64,000 bases of DNA, taken from Candidatus Danuiimicrobium aquiferis (GTDB taxonomy: Bacteria; Omnitrophota; Omnitrophia; Omnitrophales; Danuiimicrobiaceae). This document shows, in pieces, positions 30,724 to 42,400 of the stretch (position 1 is its first letter; every line of letters starts with the position of its first letter). Below the pieces are notes generated by a model. That model made no database searches. It worked only from the letters and a program-made list of their open reading frames with translations, and had not been told where the DNA came from. Position numbers and translations under genes: made by a program. Where the stretch lies: contig MHFR01000068.1 in the NCBI GenBank assembly GCA_001804285.1, forward strand, positions 103,230 through 167,229. Reading direction: 5' to 3'.

Positions 30724-30832
30724 TGTCATTCCCGCAAGCCGTAGGCGGGAATCTCATGCCTTTGGATTCCCGACTACCCCGGAAAAGCTGGGGCCGGCCC
30801 TTTCTTTCCCAAGGGAAGCATTCGGGAATGAC
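30724..30832. repeat. Structured palindromic element of the GTCATTCCCGC family, in the orn-helicase intergenic region.
   Basis: It has a local hairpin (attcccgc-aagccgtag-gcgggaat). It also has a long-range inverted repeat (gtcattcccg at 30724, cgggaatgac at 30823). Confidence 0.5.
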
Positions 30833-30910
30833 AAGAAAACATTGAATTTGTTTCATATTCTTTGTCATTTGCGCTTTGATATTGGTCATTTGGAATAAAG
30901 CGAACGATCC

Positions 30911-32845
30911 ATGTCCGACAAAATTGTCATCACAACCGAATCCGATCAATATTTTGACCGACTCACCGATCTTCTGCGTCTCGAAGAGGTAGAAGAAAAG
31001 CGTGAGTATGAAGAACAGTTTCTTAGAAAGAGTCCGGATCAGCGGGAAAAAGCGGGAAAGTCTCTTCTGAAATTAGTCGTCAGTGATATTCATTTTAGCG
31101 GCGGCGGACATCAATTGGTTTCATTCGGGTATGAAAATGGAAGGCCCCTCCCGATCTACTCGTTTGATGTCGGTGATGTTGTCAGTTTATCGCGAGAGCT
31201 GAAAGCGCTTGAAAATCTTCCGGTTGGAACGGTTTATGATAGAACATCGTCTGAAATCACACTTGCGTTCAACCGGCGGCTTCCCGATTGGATTAATGAC
31301 GAAAGCCTTTTCTATTTGAATGAAGCTTCTCCTCGGGAATCATTCCAAAAAATGTTCGATTCGATCAAAAGAGTGAAAGAAGCGCAGCATGATCGCTTGG
31401 CCTATTTTAGAAATTTAAGTTTCGGAGAAAAAAAACCGATGACGGGCGATCCGATTCCGATCGATCGCATCCGGTTTAATAATCCCGGTTTAAATCAGTG
31501 GCAAAAAATAGCGGTTCAAAAAGCGCTCGAGGCGTTGGATATAGCGGTGATCCACGGGCCGCCGGGAACCGGGAAGACAACGGTTCTCGTCGAGATTATT
31601 CGCCAGGCCGTCAGCGCCGAACAACTGATATTTGTGACAGCGCCCAGTAATACGGCTTGTGATCATCTTCTCAACTGCCTGGTTCGGAGTGGGATCAAGG
31701 CGGTTCGTTTAGGCCATCCTGCACGGATTATGGATCATCTTAAAGTACATACGCTTGATTTTAAACTCGCGAATCACGTTTATTCCAAAGTGGCAGACGA
31801 TCTACTCGGAGAGTTAAAAAGATTATTCAGGCAGAAGGCGCGGAAAAAAGAAAGGCGCCCGTTAACAACGGAAGAAAAAATTGAATTGGATGAGAAAATC
31901 CGGAGCACACGGAACGAAATTGATGCGCTCGAAGAAAATGTGTGGAGCCAGGTTGTTGACGGTGCTCAAGTATGGGTTGGAACGCATACGAGCGGCAATG
32001 ACCGGGTGTTTGAAAACAAAACATTTGATTTACTGGTGATTGATGAAGCGACGCAGGGCGTCGAGCCGAGCACCTGGATTCCGATGGCGAAAGCGAAGAA
32101 GGTCATTCTCGCCGGTGATCACAAACAACTTCCGCCGACGGTGATGTGCGAAGATGCGAAGCGGAAAGGTTTGGATGTGACGCTTTTTGAACGATTCAAA
32201 AAAATACTCGGACCTGATCATCAGATGATGCTCAAGCTTCAATACCGGATGCATGAGAAAATTATGAGCTTTTCATCGAAGAAGTTTTACGGCGGGGAGC
32301 TCGTTGCCGATGAATCTGTGCGTTTGCACACGCTCGCGGATTTAAGTGGAGTCAAGCGAACTCCTGAGATTGAACAACCGTTTGTTTTTCTGGATACAGT
32401 CGGACGCGGATTTGAAGAAAAATTAGAGCCGGGAAGCGGAAGTAAATTTAATATTGAAGAGGCAGCCTTTGTTGTCGGAGAATTAAACCGCTTAATTGAT
32501 GCGGGTGTAAAAGCGGAGGATATTGCCGTTATCAGTCCATATAGTGCGCAGGTCCGTCTGCTGGAAAGTCAGATACAAATTTCTGGTGTTGAAATCGCAA
32601 GCATCGACAGTTTCCAAGGCCGCGAAAAGGAAGCCGTCATTATTTCCCTTGTCCGGTCGAATACCGAAGGCAAAATGGGATTTCTTACGGATGTCCGGCG
32701 AATGAATGTGGCGCTGACCCGTGCGAGGCGAAAACTTTTTGTGGTCGGCGATAGCGGAACGCTCGCGACGATTCCGTTTTATAAAGCTTTTATTGAATAT
32801 GCCGAGGCTGTCGGCGGTTACAAGAGTTCGTGGGAAGAAGTATAA
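30911..32845 (+). CDS. Superfamily-1 helicase of the Upf1/IGHMBP2-like family (AAA_11/AAA_12).
   Basis: Walker A (IHGPPGTGKTT), Walker B (LLVIDEATQ) and C-terminal SF1 motifs (QGREKEAVIISLVRSN, VALTRARRKLFVVGD) are present. Confidence 0.85.
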   Translation: MSDKIVITTESDQYFDRLTDLLRLEEVEEKREYEEQFLRKSPDQREKAGKSLLKLVVSDIHFSGGGHQLVSFGYENGRPLPIYSFDVGDVVSLSRELKALENLPVGTVYDRTSSEITLAFNRRLPDWINDESLFYLNEASPRESFQKMFDSIKRVKEAQHDRLAYFRNLSFGEKKPMTGDPIPIDRIRFNNPGLNQWQKIAVQKALEALDIAVIHGPPGTGKTTVLVEIIRQAVSAEQLIFVTAPSNTACDHLLNCLVRSGIKAVRLGHPARIMDHLKVHTLDFKLANHVYSKVADDLLGELKRLFRQKARKKERRPLTTEEKIELDEKIRSTRNEIDALEENVWSQVVDGAQVWVGTHTSGNDRVFENKTFDLLVIDEATQGVEPSTWIPMAKAKKVILAGDHKQLPPTVMCEDAKRKGLDVTLFERFKKILGPDHQMMLKLQYRMHEKIMSFSSKKFYGGELVADESVRLHTLADLSGVKRTPEIEQPFVFLDTVGRGFEEKLEPGSGSKFNIEEAAFVVGELNRLIDAGVKAEDIAVISPYSAQVRLLESQIQISGVEIASIDSFQGREKEAVIISLVRSNTEGKMGFLTDVRRMNVALTRARRKLFVVGDSGTLATIPFYKAFIEYAEAVGGYKSSWEEV

Positions 32846-32976
32846 GCGAAGAGCGTCAAGCCGTACATTTGGTACGGGGTACCGGGTTATGTTATAAATC
32901 AGTGCATCGCAATATGCCGGACACTTTATTGTGGGCCATTTAATGCTACCTTAACAACGGGTGGAAAAATAGCGGT

Positions 32977-34482
32977 ATGGCAAGATATAAACTGCGGAAA
33001 TTGATGGTTTATCTTTTTATTTTTATTGCGATGGGATACCTTTTTTTTGTCAAAGGATTACCGTGGGTGGAAGCGGATTATCAGCTTACAGTCGCAAAAA
33101 ATTTTGTGCAAGGAAAGTCCTTTTTACTTGCTGAGAAGTTTTCGGACATTGCCGTTCAACACGGTAATGAATGGGGCGATTTTCATGGTTTGGTTAATGT
33201 GCTGTCGTTTATTCCGTTTGCATTCATCGATCATGGGTTGCCGAAAAATTTCATTTCGAATCATGACCAACTTATTTCATTCCTCGTTGCCTTATCGGGC
33301 GTATTTATCAATGCAGCGACATGTGTCGTGTACTTCCGGTTTTTAGTGGTTATTTTTGGGGTGGCAGTGCCCCGGTCGGTTTACAGTGCGTTGGCGCTTG
33401 CTTTTCTTACCATTTTATTTCCATATGCATCGACAAATTACGAAGGAAATTGGGAAACTTTGTTTCTGCTGTGTGCTACGTATTATCTTTTTTCGTATCA
33501 CAGGGATCTCAAATTATCAAAAGCGGTTAAGCTTGGAATCATGCTTGGCGTGCTCCTTAATACCCGGGAGACGGCGCTCATTTTTGTTCCCATATGTGCA
33601 ATTTGTTTTCTTTTTAACGCATTTCACGAGAAAAGAACAAATCACAGTATAGGGTGGGTGCTTGGCTGCGCTCCAGGGGTCGTACTTTGGTTGTATTATA
33701 ATTGGGCCAGAACGGGAAATGCATTTTTATCACCGCTGATGGATGGAATTATTTTTCACAAGCCATTGGTGCAGGCGCGGATGCCGACCTCTCATATTTT
33801 TCGAGGGTTTTTTGGGATTTTGTTAAGCCCGGGTGGAAGCATGTTTATTTATTCTCCTATCTTTTTAGTTGCGCTGATGGGCTGGAAGAACTTAATGATG
33901 CGATTTAAATTTGAGACCTTCTTTATCCTCAGCTATGTTTTATTTTCCATCGTCTGCAATGCTTCTGTCAAAGAATGGTTTGGTTTGTTTGGATGGGGGC
34001 CGCGTTACACGTTACATTTGACGCCGCTCGTCATGTTAGCACTGCCGTTTGCTCTTCATTATTTCATGAGTCAGGTATTGAGAAAGCTCATTTTGATAAT
34101 GATAAGCATATCCGCGGTTGTCATCCAATTAGCGGGAGTATTAACAAACTGGCACGCCAGGCTGGGGCTTTTGCTTGCCCGGTGCGGCGAGAAGGATTTA
34201 TTTTACACGGTAGCATGTTCTCAATGGTGGGACAGTGTGAAGATTCTTTTTATCAATGTGTGGAATTTATGGTTCGGCCGGTTGTTGTTTTTTAAAAGCC
34301 CCGAATACGACAGTCATTTGTCTTGGGTGAGTTTGCAAACATCCCAAACAGTAAGCGCCTGGTGGAACCGACTGATGGTCATGGGCGTTGATCCGCGAGG
34401 AGTAGGTTTTTTGATGTTGGTTGGAGCTTTTATTTTTGTGATTTGCTGGGTTCGAATTTCTTATTTGATAAGAAGCGAATAA
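32977..34482 (+). CDS. Polytopic membrane protein, possibly a GT-C-like glycosyltransferase.
   Basis: The 501 aa ORF has at least 10 hydrophobic helices and no soluble-enzyme motif. Confidence 0.5.
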   Translation: MARYKLRKLMVYLFIFIAMGYLFFVKGLPWVEADYQLTVAKNFVQGKSFLLAEKFSDIAVQHGNEWGDFHGLVNVLSFIPFAFIDHGLPKNFISNHDQLISFLVALSGVFINAATCVVYFRFLVVIFGVAVPRSVYSALALAFLTILFPYASTNYEGNWETLFLLCATYYLFSYHRDLKLSKAVKLGIMLGVLLNTRETALIFVPICAICFLFNAFHEKRTNHSIGWVLGCAPGVVLWLYYNWARTGNAFLSPLMDGIIFHKPLVQARMPTSHIFRGFFGILLSPGGSMFIYSPIFLVALMGWKNLMMRFKFETFFILSYVLFSIVCNASVKEWFGLFGWGPRYTLHLTPLVMLALPFALHYFMSQVLRKLILIMISISAVVIQLAGVLTNWHARLGLLLARCGEKDLFYTVACSQWWDSVKILFINVWNLWFGRLLFFKSPEYDSHLSWVSLQTSQTVSAWWNRLMVMGVDPRGVGFLMLVGAFIFVICWVRISYLIRSE

Positions 34483-34636
34483 GAGCGAGAGGTGTTACTG
34501 TGGGTACCACGCTGATGTGAAAAAGTAAAAACAGCCTGGCACTTGATAGTAACGCCGCCAACCATTATGTAAGCAAAGAGCGTTAAGCGTATAGCGGATA
34601 GATGTGGAAAAGAAATCTTTCCGGCCATGATTTTTC

Positions 34637-35617
34637 CTAAACGCTATCCACTGCCGGTTCAAATTCCTCGAGAAATTTACTTATATCTGCTGCTGAATGA
34701 GCGCGGTTGACTTTGTCCCGGAGACGCGCGATGCCCGGTGTTTTTTTGAAATACCAGGTTACGAGTTTTCTTGCGAGAAGTACGCCGATCCGATCACCCA
34801 TCGTTTCTATTTCCAATTTAAAATGATCGAGTGCTGCTTTCTTTTGTTCCGCGAATGACGGAGCCGGGGGGATCGGGCGTTTGTTAAGTGCCGCATCAAT
34901 CGCTTTATAAATCCACGGATTTCCGAGAGCTCCCCGTCCGATCATAATGGCATCACAGCCGCTGATATCAGTGATTTTGATCGCATCTTGCGGAGTGATC
35001 ACGTCTCCGTTTCCGATGACCGGAATTTTGACAGCTTCTTTCACGTGCCGAATCGCTTGCCAATCGGCCTTGCCGGTATATCCTTGCGATTGAGTTCTGC
35101 CGTGAACGGTAATTGCTGCGAGTCCGGAGTGTTCAGCGATTTTCGCAATGTGGACCGCTTCTTTTCCCGTCGGATCTTTGAAGCCAATCCGCATTTTGCA
35201 GGTGACCGGAACCCGTTTGACGCTTTTGACGACTGCTTCAAAAAGTTTCTCTGATAGATCCGGTTGCGCGAGCAGTGCCGAACCTTCGCCTCTTCTGACC
35301 ACCTTTTTAACAGGGCAACCAAGATTAAGATCGACAACTTCGAACCCCATTTCTTCAAGCAGGCATGCCGCGATTGCCATCGACTCAGGGTCTTTTCCGA
35401 TTAACTGAGCGCCGAGCGGAGAGTCACCGGGTACTGTTTTTAAAACCTCAAAGGTTTTTCTGTGCCGTTTGGCAAGAGGCGTTGCATGCACCATTTCCAG
35501 AAAAGCGAATTCCATCCCGTAATGGCGGGCAATCAGGCGAAACGCTAAGTCGGTGCATCCGGCCATCGGCGCCTGAATCACTTTTGATTTGAGTTTTAAA
35601 GTTCCTATTTTAAACAT
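34637..35617 (-). CDS. dus: tRNA-dihydrouridine synthase.
   Basis: The N-terminus (LKSKVIQAPMAGCTDLAFRLIARHYG) and a TIM-barrel FMN-binding pattern identify it. Confidence 0.9.
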   Translation of the reverse strand: MFKIGTLKLKSKVIQAPMAGCTDLAFRLIARHYGMEFAFLEMVHATPLAKRHRKTFEVLKTVPGDSPLGAQLIGKDPESMAIAACLLEEMGFEVVDLNLGCPVKKVVRRGEGSALLAQPDLSEKLFEAVVKSVKRVPVTCKMRIGFKDPTGKEAVHIAKIAEHSGLAAITVHGRTQSQGYTGKADWQAIRHVKEAVKIPVIGNGDVITPQDAIKITDISGCDAIMIGRGALGNPWIYKAIDAALNKRPIPPAPSFAEQKKAALDHFKLEIETMGDRIGVLLARKLVTWYFKKTPGIARLRDKVNRAHSAADISKFLEEFEPAVDSV

Positions 35618-35857
35618 AACTCAAATAGTATATCATGTAGTGGGTAAACACGCGTCAAAACCCCAATAGTCAATTACGCAATGACCAAATAAATCCCAAA
35701 CGGAATAATTCCCAATTGTGATTTGACAACTTGAAACTTTCTTGGTCATTGCCTGCCCGCCATGTTTTTTGGCGGGGGATTTGGTCATTGAAATTTTCTG
35801 TATATTACCAATAATAAATGATAGCAACATAATTATTTTTCAAGTAAAGGACCCCTT

Positions 35858-36163
35858 ATGAAACCTATTGATCTTAAAAATGATGTGAAATATTCCAAAA
35901 ATTCAATTGTCAGCAAAACATTGGTTGATAAAAAGGCGGGAACGCTCACATTATTTGCCTTTGATGTCGGGCAAGGGCTAAGTGAACATAAAGCTCCGTA
36001 CGATGCTATTGTCCAAGTTGTGGACGGAAAAGGTGAATTTTTTATCGCAAATAAGAAGACAGAGGTAACGGCCGGCGAGTTGATGATTATGCCAGCTAAT
36101 ATACCCCATTCCGTTCGAGCCAAAGAAAAGTTTAAGATGTTGCTGACAATGATTAGGTCTTAA
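35858..36163 (+). CDS. Cupin-domain protein.
   Basis: The 101 aa ORF carries a cupin_2-like G(X)5HXH...E motif region (GQGLSEHKAPYDAIVQVVDGKGEF). Confidence 0.7.
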   Translation: MKPIDLKNDVKYSKNSIVSKTLVDKKAGTLTLFAFDVGQGLSEHKAPYDAIVQVVDGKGEFFIANKKTEVTAGELMIMPANIPHSVRAKEKFKMLLTMIRS

Positions 36164-36243
36164 AGCCATAAGTTGTTTGCCTGATTATAATTAAGATAAA
36201 AAAGGAATTAGGCAAAAAAACACCTAAAATATAGCCCGTTCCA

Positions 36244-36272
36244 TTGCAAAATAACACCTTATCTGGTATACT
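36244..36272 (+). promoter_or_regulatory. Candidate sigma70 promoter of the giant gene.
   Basis: TTGCAA (36244-36249) is followed by a 17 nt spacer and TATACT (36267-36272). It lies about 147 nt upstream of the ATG at 36419. Confidence 0.4.
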
Positions 36273-36418
36273 TTCTTCACGCCTTTAAAAAGGCTCACGC
36301 CAAGGTTTAAAAAAGGGTTATCAAAATTATTAATTTCTCACAGGGGGAAATTTTTTTACTTTTTTATTGTTTATTGGGTGAAGAATTTAACGAAAGGACT
36401 ATTTTGTAAATATCCTTC

Positions 36419-39400
36419 ATGGCAGGTTCGACGAAACAGTTTATCTTAAGAATTATTGCGGGCGTTACATTATTGGCATTTTCAGTCAACCAAATTGGTT
36501 ATTCCAACCCAAGCCCGACTAATTTTTCAGCCCAACCGGTTACAGAGGTTCCGCTTCCGAATCCGGGATTCCAATTTTCGATTCCTCCAGAATTGGGGAC
36601 CGTTCAAAACCTGACATCCGGGTCGGGCGGCACGATCGTTCACATTCAAACCGCGCACGGAAATTACGAAGCCGAGAAACAAATTCAAGCGATTCTTCAG
36701 CATCTTCATGATCATTACGGATTTAATCTTTTACTTCTTGAAGGCGCCGGTGTCAAACTGAAACCGGAATTACTTCAATTTTTTCCTCAGAACAAAATCA
36801 AGACGTTTGAGCTTGCCGACAAGTTAACACACAAATCGCTCATGAAGGGTGCTGAACTATTTCTCATGCGGGCAAAGCGCGCGAAAGCATTCGGAATCGA
36901 AGACCTTAAAATATACCGGAGGAACCGGCGCGCCTTTTCGAGAGTCATGATGCGGAAAAAAGAAGCCGACGGGTTTTTGGAACAAATTGACCGGGGGATT
37001 AAACATTTTTCAGCTTTGTATTTGAATAAAGAACTGAGGACATTTTTAAATGAGTCGGAAGATTATGAAATGGGCAAGACGCCGCTTTTAGCATGGATCC
37101 GGTCGCTACAAAAAAATGCGGAGATTTTTTTAGATCTGGATTTATCCGATCCGAAAAATCAATTTCATTGGCCGATGACGCTTCGCCTGTTGAAATTGCA
37201 GGAGCTTGAGTCAAAGATTGATACGGAAAAGCTGGCGGAGGAGAAACGGAATTTTTTAAAGAAAATAAAACCTTTATTTGTGTCATTCCCGCAAAAGCGG
37301 GAATCCAGAATGATGGATCCCCACTTTCGTGGGGATGACAAGCAGTCTCGGATTGCATCGCCAATGTCCGGGACGACGGCTCGCAATGACGGCCGTCAGA
37401 ATAGGGGACAGGCAGTTCATCTGCCTGTCCCCTATTCTGGCCTGTACACCCAAATCGAATCCTTGCTCACGTCTCCCGCAAATATCCAGAATGAATTACC
37501 GGATCCCGAAACCGGACTTCTGTTCGAGAGGATGGCATCAAAACTTCCGAGGAATTTTAATTATCGCATGTACCCAAACCTGAATTATTTCATCGGCCGG
37601 TTAATTCTCCAAAGTGAAATTAAGGGGGAACTGTTACTTGCGGAAACCAATCATCTCGAAGAGTTGATTGTGAACCGCTTAGCGCAAAAAGAAGACGAAA
37701 AACAGCTTATGGAATTGCTCCGCGATTTTCATCTTTTAAAACGGTTATTCGCTTTAGCGCTTACGCCGGAAGATTACGAACAAATGACGAGCGATATCGT
37801 CCGTCATCCTGAGCCCCCAAAGGGCGAAGGATATGAGGAAAAGAGATTCTTCGCACTTCGCGCTCAAAATGACAGATTTCGTCCGAGAAACATGCTGCAA
37901 TCTTTTAACGCTTTAAACAAGGATAATCATGTTCAGAATTTACAAGTTGCTGGAATAAAAGATATCGATCTGCTCTATGAATCGGCTCTCGAATTTTATC
38001 GAATAGCGAAAAACCGTGATTGGGAAATGCTCGAAAATATTCAGAAGCGGATGAATCGGCTCGGTGAACGAAAAGCGATTGTCATTACTGGCGGTTTTCA
38101 TGCAACACCCTTCAAGAATTTCTTTTCTGAACACGGATATAGCTATGCGCAGGTTCGCCCCAAAATTTCCTCAACGGACGGATTCCAATCCTACATCGAC
38201 GCCATGCTTCAAAAATCCACGCTCGAGTCCCCGTATGTTTTCAGTATTCCGCCGGCAGAATGGATAAGGCACGGAATCAATCCAAGTTGGGTGAGACAAC
38301 AATTTTCTGCTGCGATGCGGGGGATGGCGGAGCGAAATCGGTCTGAAACGCGAAACAAAACAGGTTTACAAAAAGGGGACAGGCAATTGCTCAACAGGAG
38401 TCATATGCCTGTCCCCTTTTTGACTGACCAAAGCGCGCAAGAGTCCTCGATACGTTCCAAGGAGCATGTATCGAGGGCCGAAGCGCGCGGAAGAGAAGTC
38501 ACCAGTCGCCAGTCACTGGTCAATAGTGTTCCAGTGTCTAGTGATTTAGTATTTCAGGTAAGGGCTGAAGATTCCCGCCAGGGGCATGCGGGAATGACAG
38601 TAGAGCTCCATCGCAATGACGGTGCGTCAAGGGCCGAAGTCCGTCAGACGAAACAGGCGGAAATTGATACCCCGGCGTTTTATGCGGAATTGCCTAAAGC
38701 GCAATTAAGAAAAGTGGCATTTGCAATTCAGTTTTTGTTTGAAGATTCGTTTGCATGGCTTCCTCACGAAAAAACAGACATCAGCATCCCCAATATTGAG
38801 TCCGAACTGAAACGTTTACCGAATTACAAACTTAGGAACGAAGAAGAACTCGAGCGGATGCTTCCCAAACTGCGCCTCACAAACAGGGCAGCGCTTGTAC
38901 AATTTCTGGCGGTGTTAGTTGCATTGTTTGACAAAAAGGATGAAGAACGTGAGGCGGCGGAAAAGGCTGTGACGGAAACGGCTGAGGTGAAAAGCATAGA
39001 TGCTTCTACAGATGTTTCTCCTGAAGCGAAAAAATCGAAGTTATTCCATTTCGCTTTGCGTTTTATGGGGTTGGAAGAGCTTGTGCGATTTCGGACGATG
39101 AGGCGGACGAGCGGAGCGAGTAAGGAAGAGGAGAGGGCAGAAGATAAAAAAACGGATGCTTCGGTTGAAGCAGGTGAAGGAAAAGAACCGGATCAACCCG
39201 TTGACCGGCGGCCAACGAACGAAAAAGACGCTGCATTTTATACTCGAGATCTATATTTAACAGGCGGGCTGTCCCATCAAAACGCCTTGTCTAAAATTCT
39301 TGCATATCTTAAGGCCGGAATCGGTGATGTTGAAAGTGATTTGTTAAGGCAGCCGGTGTCGGATGTCCTTAAAACCTATGAGGATGATTTTCATCAGCGG

Positions 39401-42400
39401 GTTTTGAGCAGGGAGAAAATGCCATATTTTCAGGAAGTGGTTCCGGGTTTTGAGTGGCGCACTACCGTCCGGGATTTTCTTACATTGCATTGGAACCGGA
39501 TTCATTGGCCCGTTGTTTTATATCGTTTTATAGGATCGGATCCGGGCCGTTTTTTATTTTCAGCGCCTGTTTGGTTCATGATCGGTTCCTTTATCGGAGG
39601 GCTGACTGTCGCCGCTGCCTTTGCCGTCATTGTCAGGTATGTCTTGCGGCCGCTCTATGAAGGCGTGCTGTTTAACTTGGAAGCCAAAGCGATGAAACGC
39701 TATCGCGCAATGGCGTATGAGCCTTTTCCATACGGCCCGCATTTTATTTTTCAAGGAGATGATCTTTGGCGGAATGTCCGTCAAACCTATTTTCAAAGTG
39801 AATCGCTGATGCTTCCTAATGAGAAAAGTAATTCAGTCTTGAAGCTTTATGCGTTGGAACATGTATTGAAAAAATATCCTGGAACAAGGAAATATCGCTC
39901 CATTGTCCGTCGAGTGCGTGAGAGATTGTCATCCTCGTCTGAGTGGCCTGATATTCATGATGCGTGGACGATGGTTCATAATGCTGCAGTGCGCCAACGA
40001 ATTCAGATGAGTGATCCGGGCGTTAAGCTTATTCTTTATGTTCTTGAATTACCGGTAAGAGCGCCGCCGGCGACAGAAGCCCAAAGTCCACAAGGAAGGC
40101 GCAATTTTTATCAGCGATTGGTGCTGTTGATCCGCCGTTTGATTTTGATTGCTATTCAAAATGCAATTCTTCAACCCTTCCGGATATTGAGATCGTCTGT
40201 CTACTCTTTGAATTTGCGCGCAACTGCCCGGTTGATTGAGAAAATCGAAAATCGCATTAAAGCGTTTTTTAAATATCCTATCCGGGAATATTCAAGTGAA
40301 ATGTTCTCAAGCCGCAGCAATACGCAGGTTAAGAGTGTCATGGGCCTCCCTGATGAAGAGAAACGAAAACAAGAACTCATTCAATACTTAAAACAATTCA
40401 ACATTTCCGAGCTTGATCCTTTGATTGCGGAAATAGATCAAAGGCTCCATCTGAAATTCGACCGGTTTTTTGACAAGGAATGGTTCTCTCAAGCATTTTG
40501 GAATACGTTAACGGGGAACAGAGTTGTTTCCAATAAGAAAAGGAAAAATAAGAGCGAGGAAGCTATTGCTGAAAAACTTAGAGTTTTAAACGCACAATAT
40601 GAGTTTGATTTAGCCAATCACACGGTACTCCTCAATACCGAAATGCCGCTTTTTCTGAATGCGTTCATTTTGGTCAAGTTGGCCTCTCAACTTTATCAAC
40701 ACCATGTTGTGCGCGGAGAACGGGAAAATATCCATCTTCCTCCCGAAGAGTTGGAAAGCATTCCGAAGAAAATGTTGATGAAACTTTTCTGGGATGCGTT
40801 TAGAAACGGTAAGAAATATTTTAGTGACACGAAACAGCCGTATATGGGCAACTTGGCGATTTTTATCCTGATGATGGTGAAAGCGTGGGGTTGTAAAGTT
40901 TACTCATCGAATGACAAGCCGGGGATTCTTTACATTAAAACACATCGCATTACGATGCGTGCCATGATCAAGGCTAAAGAAGGGTTTGTTATCGGGAGCC
41001 ATTATCTTTTAGGAAAACGTTATCTTGGGATTACAAATCAAAAAAATTATCCTTTGGCAGAAAAAAAACACGGAGTTAGCAAGAAATTAAGTGCCGTATA
41101 TTCTATCCTTAAACCATTTTTTCCGATCCTCTCACAATTTGCCTGGATGCTGGGCTATTTGACTGCGGTGGTTGCGCTATTTAGCGGATTTTTTCTGCAC
41201 CTTGATTTAAGTTTCGTGATGCACTATTTGGATCAACTTATTCAGTGGCTGTCCACCATTGATTTTTTTGATATTGGGCCGATGATTGCGGCGATCTGGC
41301 ATTCAATTCAATCTGCGTACCATGATCTTGCGGCTGCGTTCAGCCAGATCCTTCATTATTTATTCGATATTGATCTGACATGGCTGAAACAGTTTTTCCA
41401 TGACCTGTGGCAAAGCCTTGAGCCTGTCCGTGCGTTTGTTGAAGATTATCTGGTGCCGTTTTTTTATCAATTTCTCGTACCCGCCCTGATTTTTGGATGG
41501 GGAATGATTTCCGGATTTCTTGCTTATAAAGTGCAATTAAGACAAAGGTTAATTCAAGTGGGAGATTACTTTATCTCTTTCGGAGCTCCAAAGTTGATTG
41601 CCTGGTTCATAACGGTTCCCGCTGTAATAGCTGCAACAACCCTGAATTTGAATACGGATAAAATTTTTGAATTTCGGGAACGGATTGAATCCGCACTTCA
41701 GACGAAATACATCGTTAAACCATTAAGTTTGATTTGGCATATGTTGGCCAATCTATTGTATGCAGGTTCTTTTCTCTTCGGCGTTGGTCTTTACTTTTTT
41801 ATGATGTGGCTGATTATTGATCCACAGCTTGGATTGTCGGGTTTAGCGGGCGGATTGCAGAGCTTAGGTTTGCCGGTACCGCCGATTGTGTTAATTGCCT
41901 ATGTGGCCGGCGTTGTTAGTCTTCCTTTTTCTTTTGTGTATGTTGTCTCGGATTTATTGATGAAAAAATTACCGGAACGCGGATTGTTTTCGGGCCGGCG
42001 AACTGTGTGGGGAATGATTGCGTTTTTGGGCGTGTTTGCCGTGATTACGCCGGTGGCTTTGAATTATACATTTCGTTCAAATTGGATGCGGTCAGATTAC
42101 GTTGCGAAAGAAAAGGCCAGGACGCTTTATGCAAAGCCGAGTATGGTTTATCACTATAGTTTGATGGGCAAAGAAGAGGCAAAGTTGAAAATTGAAGAAA
42201 TGAAAAAGGAACAAACTCAAAAAATTGAAGAAGTGAAAAAGGAACAAACTCAAAAAATCGAAGCGTTTAAAGCACAAATAGAACAAGCAGCGAGTCAACC
42301 GGCATATCCGTCAACGATAAGCCGGTTTAAGAAAAAAATAGAAGAGTTTTTTAAGCAGGACGACAAGAAAAAAAAGGTGAACGCGGTTGAAAGCAATAAA

